Positions 26,031 to 37,278 of a stretch of 64,000 nt of DNA are shown here, one piece after another. The stretch is from Camelus dromedarius (taxonomy: Eukaryota). The stretch lies in the NCBI RefSeq assembly GCF_036321535.1, contig NC_087472.1, forward strand, positions 102,240,001-102,304,000, read 5' to 3'. The translations under genes were made by a program, and so were the position numbers. How positions within the stretch are numbered: position 1 is the first letter of the stretch; the number at the start of each line of letters is the position of its first letter. The notes under the pieces were generated by a model. The model did not search any database and was not told where the DNA came from. It worked only from the letters and a program-made list of their open reading frames with translations.

Positions 26031-26602
26031 AAGGTGAAGAAACAAGAGACAAAGGAGAAAACAAATTTTTAAAAAATAATTGCATGAATGCTCCAAAGTT
26101 GATTATGTTGAATATAGTAAATCCAACAGGATAAATGTAGAAAATGAAATCTTTATCATATTCAGGATTTATTAAATTAAAATAGCATAATCAGCACAGG
26201 TGGTTTCAGTAGGATTATTAAAGAATCAAATGTTTATATGTTGGCTGAAAGCCCCAAAGTAGAAAGCAATATAGTTAGAAATAACAGAGCTGGGAGGATT
26301 ACAATTACTGACCTCGCAAAGGAAACCCATTAACTAGTTAAATGGTAAAACTCATTACTCTCCCTCACTTGGGAAGGGCTATGAATATCTGTTATGATAA
26401 AAACCAATATGGGCATAGAAAGAGAGCTGAAATCAAATATACTTGAGATACAGCACAGCACGTGAAACTAAACTTGTAAAAACAATAACATTTAACGGAA
26501 GAGAGGAAAGTATAATATATACCAAAGAGAGCTTGTACATAAATTCAACCTGCTTTTATTATTCAGTACAATCTCCCACTCAAGGTGTAGAAGAATACAG
26601 AC

Positions 26603-26919
26603 TAGGGGTTGGCATACAACTTCTGTAAATACTTTATATCCTATGGACTACAAGCCTCTGTTACAACTGCCCACCACTCCACTCCAGTGCAGCTAGCCAC
26701 GGACAGCTCATAAACATCCGACTGTGCTGTGTGCCAAGGAAACTTTGTTTATGGAAACTGAAATTTGAATTTCATATAATTTTCATATGTCATGAAGTAT
26801 TTTTTTTATTTTTTCCCAACCATTTAAAAATATAAAAACCATTCTTAGCTCATAGGCGACACAAAAAAAATAGGCAACAGGACAGATTTGACCAACGGAT
26901 TGTATTTGGCCATCCCCTG
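26603..26919. mobile_element. MER58B-like hAT-Charlie element
   Basis: Termini AGGGGTTGGCA / TGGCCATCCCCTG; internal CTGAAATTTGAATTTCATATAATTTTCA. Confidence 0.75.
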
Positions 26920-29444
26920 GCAGAAGGATGCTTTCAGTATCAGAAACACCTCAACATACTGGTAAGCAAGAAGGAGCAACCAAGTCTTACACCACACAAT
27001 ACTTGCTCATCAGAAACAGAAAGGCATATTAATAAGTATGCTTCATCTGGAAAATAGTGACAAAAACCATTCAGAATGTTTATGGGAGTTAAGTGAGTTC
27101 ATACACACAAAAAGAGTTCCAACTGGGTACCCAGCAAGCCACTCAACAACTATTTCTGATATTATTAGCAAAAAGATATTCTTACTGACTCCAAGAGAAA
27201 AGACAAAGGCAATGATTCCATTTTTTTTTGTAGGAGTGTAATGCATATCAGAATTAGAATGATCATTTTCAAGTCTAAAACTACAAGTCATGGTATTTTC
27301 TCAAGAGAGTCTAAAATTCTCAAAACTAGAGTAAACTTTATTTCAGCACTAGGAAGTTGTTATTTATATATAAGACAAATTTCTAGAAGAAAGGTGAAAA
27401 CATGACAAAGAGTTACTGCTCTGAGAAATTGCCCCAAGGATTTTTCAAAATAAAAATTAAGATTAGGGTCAAGAGTCCATCCTTGGCTACAGGTGAGGCC
27501 AATGCTAAAACCAGCAGGGGAAATTGACTCTTATCAAGAATCTGTTCCCTTTAAGAACCTGCAAGAAGTTAGTATTTGATCAACAGCTCAGAGCTCATCT
27601 AGTCCTCCTGACCACTTGCTGCTAGTTTGGGGTTTGTAAGAACAAGGCAGAACCATATGTTACAGAATGACAGAATTATACTACTTACCCCCACTCAATC
27701 CTATGTTGCACACCCTGTAGCACCAAAGGAAAGAGCACAGCAGCTATCTGCTTATCACCATAAGAGGTGCCTTCAATCATTGTATTTACCTGACATGCAA
27801 AGGAAGGCTTATAACCCACAAATGAACAGAGCACCACTACCCGCCCTCTCCAGATAAAATTGCATTTTGAGAGAGAAAAGCAAAACGATACTCATTTTGA
27901 CTTCACAACCTTAAACAATGGAATGCTGACAAAGCACCCTGCTATACATTCACCCAACCACCTGTCACCAACATCACCCTGGAACACAAAGGGCTATTTT
28001 TATGTAGTACATTACTGAGATAGATAATATCCCATTGCCATGGCAACGAGTTTTCCAGTAGATATGCTAGTCCATGAAGAATGTTAAAGAGAACAAAGCT
28101 ATTCCTTTGCATTTGAGTCTACTTTGCAGTATGGGAGGCAGATTCTAAGTTTCTTTTACAGCCTCGGTTTGCTAAAAGGGGCATTAGTGAGTTCAAGCAA
28201 TGTACAAAGAAATCCTGAGTGGACACACACCACACAGAGCTATTTGGGGCTGAGGAAGAATCCCTACAGGAATCCTACCCTTCAGGGAAAGAGAAAAGCC
28301 AAACTAACACTAGGCCATGCCCCCAGAGGCTGTCATATGGTTTCTACTCCCCTGAACTAATTCATCTCCGGTCCTAGGGCGACCTCTCCCACCATGTGCA
28401 GCTACTCCTAGCAGAATCTCCCAAGAGGGCCACTCCATTGCCATGTTTTTCTGGTGCCCTGAATAAGAACAAACACTGCAACCCATGGAAATGCCCCACT
28501 CTGATCAAAAAGCACACACCCTGTATACAAATGCACACAGACAACTCACAGTCCTCAAGGCCTCCCTGGAGAAGTGGAAGAAAAAGTTCAGACGGATCAG
28601 TCCCTCCTGCCCAGCCCTCTCGGGCTCTCCCAGAGGTCTGTACACCATGCCCTGCTTCGCACAAATAGTCTCCCTGGCTCCCCACGCCAGCCAGGCCCCA
28701 TTCTCCCTAGGATCCAGGGCACTGGGTTCCAGTCCAGCTTGTAGCCTGTGCTGGCTTTTCTACCCCAGGTGTCCCCCAGAGCCACTCCCAGCCCTTCTTC
28801 CTCCATGCTGCCAGGGAGGCTGGCCTCTGTAAGCTTCAACACGCAGGGTCCCTTGCCTTTGGCTTCCAGCCGGGTAGCCGACAGGAGACACGGTTGGTTA
28901 CTGTCCCTCAGCCCGCCAACCCCTCCTTGGCCACAGTTCTGGCAATGAAGGTGTTCTTTTAGACTGCTGTCCCTGGAGGGGAACCACCTTTCAAGGCTCC
29001 AGCAACAACATTCCTTCCCCGGCCCCTTCAGAACCAGGGATGACAAAGGCTTTCTGCTGCTGCTTGCCTCTCCCCACCTCAACAACATTCCTGTTTTCAT
29101 AAAACCCTGTGAGCCGGCCATTTCCTGTGGGACTCCGACCACCCCCAATTTCTGATGGCTTCCTTGGCCTCAAAGTTTAACCAGCCTTGACCTTAGACTT
29201 CCCATGTTCAGCTTCACCATACCATAGAAGCTCCTTAGAAATGATCCAAGCTCTACTCTGATACACATCCATAGAATCACCTCTTTAAGCAAGAACTCCA
29301 ACATTTACACAGGATTGCTATGAAAACAATAGCCTCTCCATGGAGAGGTCATCAGGAAATCCCCCTTTCTTTTTTAGTTTGTCTCTTTAACAAAGACTGA
29401 ATTTCAACCCAAGTAACTTTTTGAAGTATTAAAGTAGTGACTTA

Positions 29445-29612
29445 TCCACATGACCTTGGGCTTAACCTCTGTGCCTGTTTTGTTTTCTTCCAACTGGGGA
29501 TGATAATATCTACCTTGTGGTTTGGTTGTGAGACTTAAATGAGATGAGCGTTCTACAAGTTACAGGACAAGGTCAAGTATATGGTAATCAGTAAATAAGT
29601 GGTAGCTGCTAC
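29445..29612 (+). mobile_element. MIR SINE
   Basis: TGACCTTGGGCTTAACCTCTGTGCCT...GGTTGTGAGACTTAAATGAGAT. Confidence 0.65.
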
Positions 29613-29634
29613 CATGATTGTACATATGCTACAA

Positions 29635-29835
29635 CCAGAGCAGATTTTGCCCCAGGGACATTTGGCAATGTCTGTTAACATTTTTGGTTATAACTGGGGG
29701 AGGGACAGATACTGGCATCTACTGGGTACAAACCAGCGATGCTGCTAGACATCCTACAATGCATAGGACAGTGTCACTGCAAAGAATGATTTGATCCAAA
29801 ATGTCAACAGTGCTGACGTGGAGAAACTTTGATCT
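29635..29835. mobile_element. MER20 (hAT-Charlie)
   Basis: GATTTTGCCCCAGGGACATTTGGCAATGTCTG...AAATGTCAACAGTGCTGACGTGGAGAAAC. Confidence 0.8.
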
Positions 29836-30847
29836 AGAACAAAGAATAAATTAAGGGAATCTAAACCATCCGTATGTTAAATTTCACATGCTTTACTTCC
29901 ACTGCATCTCTCAGTAAAAGGACTATAAAGGTACCAGAGTGTACACAAAGGAGGGGAGTTAAAATATTTTTAAATAACTTTAAAGAGAGCCTAAAAAAAA
30001 AAACTCAAAAAGCAAGCATACCAAACATCTCCAGGGGCAAAAAGCTGTTCGTGTATAATCATCTGTTTTTCAAAAGGCTGACCCTGAATTAAGGGAGAAA
30101 CAAAGAGATCATTGTATTAAATATGTTCTTTTGAAGGCATCAGGGGCAAACATTACACGTTTAAGAAAGCCTGCTTTTTAAAAAAAAAATTCTTAATTGC
30201 TAGCATTTATGGGATTTACTTCAATTAGTCAGGAAATTAACACAGGTGAAATACTTAATTTCCCCCAGGAGGCTGAAAAAAATCTTCTTCTGTAAACCAA
30301 TGGCAAAGTGTTACAAGTGAATTAAGTCAAAGCAAACATCTATTACTAGCCTAACATTAATAGCCTCTCCTGGTCCTGAATTAAACTATGAGGATAGCCC
30401 GAGTTTCTCCCAACCGTACAAATCACTTTTTCCTACAAGTTCATGTTCTAGCCAGTCTCTGAAGTAGAGATAACAGTGGTAAATAAAACAGGCCCAACAG
30501 TCAGCTGGCAAGTGCTCCAGAGGGGCTCCCTGGAGTGAAGCAGAGTTGAGAGGGCCAGGTAGAAAGGTCAAGAGCAGAGAGGGTTAGAGCAGAGAGGGAC
30601 TGCTGCAGGGGCTTGAGGGTGAGCTCCTGGAGGAAGCAGCTGAGCATTCATTCACTCTGGGCTTCCTTCCCCACCCCCACCCCCGAGCCCGGGGGAGGCC
30701 GGCAGAGGGGTGGGCGCAGGACGTCGGGACAGCCTTATGGAATCTCATTCGTGAACCACACTTGCCAGCATTGCTGCCACCATTCTGACTTCAGAAATAA
30801 TGAGCTACAAAGGACTGAAATTTCTAGACACCTTGTAACTCTTCTGA

Positions 30848-31305
30848 GCAGGGCTTAACTGTTTTTGTGCTGTGGACCCCTTGGGGAACCTGTATGGACC
30901 TCTTCTCAGAATAATGTTTTTAAATGCGTAAAAGTAAACACTTAAAATATGCAAGATTATAAACAAAATATATTGAACTACAGCTATCAAAATATTAAAA
31001 AAATAAGTCTGCAGTAGAAATACACGTGTTTATTAACACAATGAATAATATCAGCCAGTGCATCTAAACCACTGTAAATTATCACTGAAATACCTGCAAC
31101 AATTATAATATGATTTTAAAAATCCTATTTCTATTAGTGATCGAGTCACGGGAGCTGCTAATACTACTGTGGTTTGTTGCCCGCACGCATAATAGAAGGA
31201 AATGTTCAATTTTAATTAGGGCTTAGTTAAAAAAAAAAAAAGCTGTATTTTTTCCCCCACATCTAAATTCACAGGCCTCTGAGTTAGACTCAGGTTAAAA
31301 GGCCT
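30848..31305. mobile_element. MER119-like hAT-Charlie element
   Basis: CAGGGCTTAACTGTTTTTGTGCTGTGGACCCC...CTTCTCAGAATAATGTTTTTAAATGC...CAGGTTAAAAGGCCTG. Confidence 0.75.
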
Positions 31306-31598
31306 GCTTTAGAGTATTCTGTGCAGGAGTGAACACGCATGGCATTCACATTAGCTTTTCCATTTTTTTTCTGCCTCCTACTAGTTAAGAGGAGAAACAA
31401 ATTGCCTAAAGACTAAAATTGAAAATAATACCTAAGAAATTTGCCAGTTCTACTCGGCATAAGAAAATGAATTATACATGAAAATGTTTTTTAAAAAGAT
31501 AAAGAAATTTGAAATGAGTGGCTGAGCAAAAACATATATTCTGGCCCCCCAAAGCTAACCAGAATAATTTTCCCCTTCAGAAAACTCTAGAAGGCAAG

Positions 31599-32115
31599 TG
31601 TGGTGGAAAGATCCCAAGGTGACAACCATCCTCCCTTCATAATTCTCACTTCCTGGTGTCTGTGCTTTTGTATAATCCTTTCCCCCTTGAGAGCAGACAG
31701 AACTTGTGACTTGCTTCACATTAAAAGAAAACAGCAAAAGTAATGGGATGTTGCTCATCTAAGCCAACTGGAGAAAGAGAGAATCTCCTGTCAGCCTTAA
31801 AGAAGCAAACAGCCATGTTGTGAACTGCCTATGGAGAGGACCATGTGCCAGGGAACTGTGGGTGGCCTCTAGGAGCTGAGGACTTCAGTCCTAAAATAAC
31901 AAGGAACTGAATTCTAACAACAACCATATAAGCTTGGAGGAGGTCTCTGAGATGGAGAATTGCCACCTGGCCAATGCCTTGATTTCAGCCTTGTGAAACC
32001 CCTGAGCTGAGGAGCCAGTTAAGCCATAGAAACAATGAGTAACAAATATATGTTGTATTAAGCTACAATTTAAATTTGTGAAAATTCATTACAGAGCAAT
32101 AGAAAACTAATGCAG
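31599..32115 (+). mobile_element. MaLR solo LTR (MLT1E/F-like)
   Basis: TGTGGTGG...GCAATAGAAAACTAATGCA with MLT1 internal GCCATGTTGTGAACTGCCTATGGAGAGG. Confidence 0.8.
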
Positions 32116-32127
32116 TAACCAACAGAC

Positions 32128-32606
32128 AAGGTGACCAACCATCCCAGTTTGCCTGGGACAGTGTTGGTTTGAAAACTAAAAGTTTCACACCCCAAGAAAT
32201 ACCTCAGTCCTGAACAACCCAGGTTGGATGGTTGCTGCTATGGTCTGAATGTGTGTGTCCCCCCAAAATTCATATGCTGAAATTCTAATGCCCAATGTTA
32301 CGGTATTAGAAGGTAAGGCCTTTGGGAAGTGCTCAGGACACGAGGGTGGATCCTTCATGAATGGGATTAGTGCTTCATAAAAGAGGCTCCAGAGAGATCC
32401 CTAGGCCTTTCTACCATGTGAGGACACAGGGAGAAGGCACCAGCTATGAACCAAGGGGACCCTCACCAGAAGGCGCCATGCTGAAGCCTTGATCTTGGAC
32501 TTCCAGTATCCAAATCTGTGAGCAATAAATGCTTCTTGTCTATAAGCCATCCGGTCTGTGGTATTTTGTTATAGCAGCCCGAATAGACTAAGACAGTTGC
32601 CCACTA
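32128..32606. mobile_element. MER81-like MITE interrupted by an MLT1A-like LTR
   Basis: AAGGTGACCAACCATCCCAGTTTGCCTGGGAC...GGATGGTTGC, with the last few bases resuming after the LTR. Confidence 0.65.
32236..32595 (+). mobile_element. MaLR solo LTR (MLT1A-like)
   Basis: TGCTATGGTCTGAATGTGTGTGTCCCCC...GAATAGACTAAGACA. Perfect TSD GTTGC (32231-32235 / 32596-32600). Confidence 0.9.
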
Positions 32607-33449
32607 ATAGACGTGTACTGAAGAATAGAATGATTTGTACAAAATACTAGACACTTGCCTTTCAGAAGCAAATAGAAAGTTTGAAAAAACCTGGGAAGGA
32701 AACAGACTCTCTTTAAAAATTTACCAATAATTAGCAAAACACCTCAAGATTTCCTCAACACCAATTTTCTATACTCTTAAAGTAGGGCAGTCCCCAGCTA
32801 TGAGTATGAAACTAGGACAATGTTCAAATCCATCCTGTATTTCTAGTCTTCACTTTGTTACTTTTTCAATCTCCCTATTGGTTTTCCCAGCTGATTTATT
32901 TTAAATCAGTATTCAAACATCATTACCTTACAGACTGCCAATAGCTCAATGGTGTGGAACCACAGGTCACAGGTATTAAACCCCTGTAAGTTCCCATCTC
33001 CTCTGACCACCTCCAGGCTCCTTCCTTAAAGATAAACCCTATGAATCACATGATGTCTAAGACTTGCTTCAGGATAACAGAGGGGGCAGCGAACAAAGGT
33101 AGGAACGCAGATGGATGAGTTAATGGTTGTTTAGCAGGGGTGGCAAGTGCAGAGGAGTTTAATGTATTAATGTATCTATTTGTTTGAGATTTTCCATTTT
33201 TAAAAAAATGAGAAAAAAAGCAAACCTATGAAAGCCTAACCAATTAGCTCAAAGGTCCTCTAACACTGTCAAGAATATCAGTGTGCTTTTTGCTATCTAT
33301 GAAGGCATTTTTAATGTTCGTACATGTTTACAACAGTCCCCCAATCAAATGACATTCTATATAAAGGAAAATGCCACCTACTTTCTGTAGGCATAAAGGT
33401 CTCTACAGCACCATAAAATAATGAGTCATTGTAAGAGTAGGTAATGAAG

Positions 33450-33850
33450 ATTTTTTAAAAGGAAACAAATGAATAGAGCTACATGTGTCAACAAGAATGA
33501 ATCTCAAAAACATAACAATGAGAGGAAAAGCGAGTTGCAGAAGGTTACAGAGCACTATACTCCTCCATGCAAAACAATTTACCATTTTAGTGACTGTGTC
33601 ACTATATGATATACACACTACACACACACACACATAATAAAAGCACAAAAAAATTTCAAATCATGCACACCAAAGTCAGGACAGCAGTAACCTCTGGGGT
33701 GAGGAGGGAGTGGAATGGGACCAGAAAAGGAGGTCACAGGAAACCTTCACACCTAACTGGGCTGTTCTCCTTCTCATGCTGAGTGGTGGTGGGTACACAG
33801 TGATCTGTTGGGTAATCCTCTAGTTTTGCACAACCGAAATTTTTTCTTAT
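33450..33850 (+). mobile_element. L1ME-type 3' end
   Basis: GAATGAATCTCAAAAACATAACAATGAG...AGTAACCTCTGGGGTGAGGAGGG. Confidence 0.6.
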
Positions 33851-34419
33851 AAAAGAGTTAACAAGCTATATTATGCAAATATTCTCCTTTCAACCAGACA
33901 ATGGTTTGGCTCTGGAACTTCCTATATCTGCTGGCATTCATTCTCTTTTACAAAAAAAGAACACTATTTATCTCAAATAGCACATATTCCAGGTTACTGT
34001 TTTGGTAAGCCTCTATCTCTCTAAAGCATATGTTACAAAGGGATATGATATAAAGATGTAAAAATAGACAATTGTTTCATTTGCATTTAAAAAAATAGTC
34101 CTGGCTAATAATCCAGCAGCCAGAAAAAGTTCACAAGAATTTTGTCTTTACCTATAGTTTTCTTTAACAATTAAAAAGTTGCTTCAAAGAATTACAAGAA
34201 AACCTTTAAATATGACTTCTTCCCAAAGGTGAGGCTGTGCACAAGAATTTTTAAAATATCCCCTACTTCTCACAACTTTGTTTTACTTCTTTACCTCAAT
34301 CAAAGCCCTCAATCAAACATTACTTTTTGGCTTTTTTCCCATTCAGTGATTTCCCCTGATAATACAGAATCAACAGTGCTTTATAACTACTTCCCTTAAA
34401 GTCTAAGAGTTAACTATCA

Positions 34420-34853
34420 AGTCAGTGAAAGACAAATACCGTATGTATGATCTCACTTTTATGTGGAATCTAAAAACAAACAAACAGAAAACCGGAACTC
34501 ACAAATACAGAGAACAGATTGGTAGTTGCCAGAGGCGGCAGTGGGCAAAATGGGTGAAGGTGGTCAAAAGGTACAAACTCCCAGTTATAAAATAAATAAG
34601 TCCTGGGGATCACATGTACAGCATGGTGACTATAATTGATAATACTCTATCGTATACTTGAAAGCTGCTAAGAGAGTGAATCATAAAAGTTTCATCACAA
34701 GAAAAAAATGTGTAACTATATGTGGTGATGGATATCAACTAGACTTATTGTAATGATCATTCCACAATATATACAAATATTGAATCATTATGATATACAC
34801 CTGAAACTGTTATATGTCAATTATATCTCAATAAAAATGCATTATTTCAAGAC
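34420..34853 (+). mobile_element. 5'-truncated L1 (L1MA9-like 3' UTR)
   Basis: Typical L1 3' UTR. Perfect 14-bp TSD AGAGTTAACTATCA (34406-34419 / 34854-34867). Confidence 0.9.
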
Positions 34854-35081
34854 AGAGTTAACTATCATAAAAATGAAAACTATAATGACTACTTGAAATA
34901 TACACAGCATTTTGAAAGACTAAGACACCATCCAAAAAGATAGATATTATAAAGTCTTCGTAGTTCATTAACTCATTACGTCAAACAGAAAACTTGCCAG
35001 TTTAAGGTAGATATTTTATTTCTACATGTTATACTTCAAATATTTTCTTACTCAAACTATGAAAAATAAAAACATCTGCAT

Positions 35082-35180
35082 TGGAATGTAAGCTCCGAGA
35101 GGGCAGGAATTTGTGTTTGATTCACTGCTGTAACCTCAGCACCTAGAACAGTGCCTGAAGTGCATTAAAAACTCAAACAC
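35082..35180 (+). mobile_element. L2 3' end
   Basis: GAATGTAAGCTCCGAGAGGGCAGG...CACCTAGAACAGTGCCTG. Confidence 0.75.
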
Positions 35181-35499
35181 CTCAAATACATGTTCAAGCC
35201 AAGCCTATGCATTCTAGTAAAATGCTGGCTTTTGAGTAGTATATGAAATACTTCAGAACCTGGGAAACTAAGCACTTTAAAGTTTGTACTTCTTTGTCTT
35301 GAAGTATTAAACAAAAACTACCTGTTTCTCAGACATTTATATTTACTTTTTCTAATTTAAAAGTGTTTCACTAACATTTTTCTACCTAGTACTAGAATCC
35401 AGTTTTAAAATAAAACACCATATGAAGAAGGTCTCTATAAAGAGACCAAAAGGCCTTTTAAAATAGGCTATTATGATGTATTAAAGTATAATTCAAAAT

Positions 35500-37147
35500 A
35501 GAAAATAAGTATATGGACATATGCTCAACATCATATGTTATTAGGGAACTGCAAATTAAAGCAACTACTACATACCTATTAGAATGGCCAAAATCTAGAA
35601 CACTAACAATACCACATGCTGATGAGGACATGGAGCAGAGGAACTCTCATTCATTCCTGGGGAAACTGCAAAATGGTACAGCTACTTCAGAAGACAGTTT
35701 ATCAGTTTCTTACAAAACTAAACACACTCCTACTGCATGACCCTGCTCCTTGGCATTTACCCAAAGGAGTTGAAAACTTAAATGCATACAGATGTTTATC
35801 GCAACTTTATCCATAATTGCCAAAACTTGAAAGCAACCAAGAAGTTTTCCAGGATGTAGGCTGTGGAGAAAAAGGAACCCTCCTACACTGCTGGTGGGAA
35901 TGCAGTTTGGTGCAACCACGTGGAAAACAGTATGGAGATTCCTCAAAAGACTAGGAATAGCCTTACCATATGACCCAGTCATCCCGCTCCTGGGCATATA
36001 TCCAGAAGGAACCCTACTTCAAAATGACACCTGCACCCCAATGTTCACAGCAGCACTATTTACATTAGCCAAGACATGGAAACAGCCTAAATGTCCATCA
36101 ACAGATGACTGGATAAAGAAGAGGTGGTATATTTATACAATGGAATACTATTCAGCCATAAAAACCGACAACATAATGCCATTTGCAGCAACATGGATGT
36201 TCCTGGAGAATGTCATTCTAAGTGAAGTAAGCCAGAAAGAGAAAGAAAAATACCATATGAGATTGCTCATATGAGGAATCTAAAAAAAAAAAAAAAAAAC
36301 AGAAACAGACTTATAGACACAGAATACAAACTTGTGGTTGCCAAGGGGGCGGGGGTTGGGAAGGGATAGACTGGGATTTCAAAATACAGAATAAACAAGA
36401 TTATACGGTATAGCATAGGGAAATATATACAAGATCTTATGGTAGCTCACAGCAAAAAAAAAATGTGACAATGAATATATGTATGTTCATGTATAACTGA
36501 AAAATTGTGCTCTACACTGGAATTTGACACAACATTGTAAAATGACTATAACTCAATAAAAAAAAGTTAAAAAAAAAAAAAAGTCCTCCAGGATGCAAAT
36601 GAATAAACAGATTGTGGTACATCTAGACAATGGAATACTATTTAGCACTAACAAGAAATGAGCCGTCAAGCTATGAAAACACATAGAGATATCTTAAGTG
36701 TATATTACTAGATGAAAGAAGTCAATCTAAAAAGATTACATACTGTGTGATTCTGTCTGGCATTCTGAAAAAGGCAAACCTATGGAGACAGTAAAAAGAT
36801 CAGGGGTTGGGGTAAGAGCAAGGGATGAATATTTGGGGCACAGAGGATTTTTAGGGCAATAAAACTACTCTGTATGAGCCTACAATGGTGGATACACGTC
36901 ATTATACATTTGTCCAAAACCAAAGAATGTACATCATCAAGAATGAACCATAATGTAAACTATGGACTCTGTGTGATTATGACGTGCTAATGTAGGTTCA
37001 TCAGTTGTAAAATATGTACCACTCTGGTGGGGGTGTTGATAATGGGGGAGGCTGGGTATGTGTGGAGCCAGAGGGTATATGGGAACTCTCTGTATCTTCT
37101 CAATTTTGCTGTGAATCTAAAGCTGCTCTGAAAAGATAAAGCCTGTT
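35500..37147 (+). mobile_element. L1MC1-like 3' region, interrupted by a younger L1
   Basis: Old ORF2 C-terminal remnant at 35513-35840, resuming at ~36596. 3' UTR ends GCTGTGAATCTAAAGCTGCTCTGAAAAGATAAAG. Confidence 0.85.
35857..36580 (+). mobile_element. Young lineage-specific 5'-truncated L1
   Basis: Uninterrupted ORF2 C-terminus (35894-36274, '...MFTAALFTLAKTWKQPKCPSTDDWIKK...'), poly-A tail. TSD AAGTTTTCCAGGATG / AAGTCCTCCAGGATG (35842-35856 / 36581-36595, 13/15 match). Confidence 0.9.
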
Positions 37148-37154
37148 AAGATAT

Positions 37155-37278
37155 ATAGAAAATGAATATGAAAATGAATATATGTATGTATATGCATGAC
37201 TGGGACATTGTGCTGTACACCAGAAACTGACACATCGTAACTGATTATACTTCAATTTAAAAAAATTAAAAAATTAAA
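37155..37278 (+). mobile_element. Short young L1 3' tail
   Basis: GAATATATGTATGTATATGCATGACTGGGACATTGTGCTGTACACCAGAAA...TTCAATTTAAAAAAA; related to tails at 55945 and 62478. Confidence 0.75.

Noticed and set aside
28374..29173. Cluster of 60-183 aa ORFs in a GC-richer intronic patch
   Set aside because: No recognisable protein similarity, no consistent frame, and no convincing splice-site pair.
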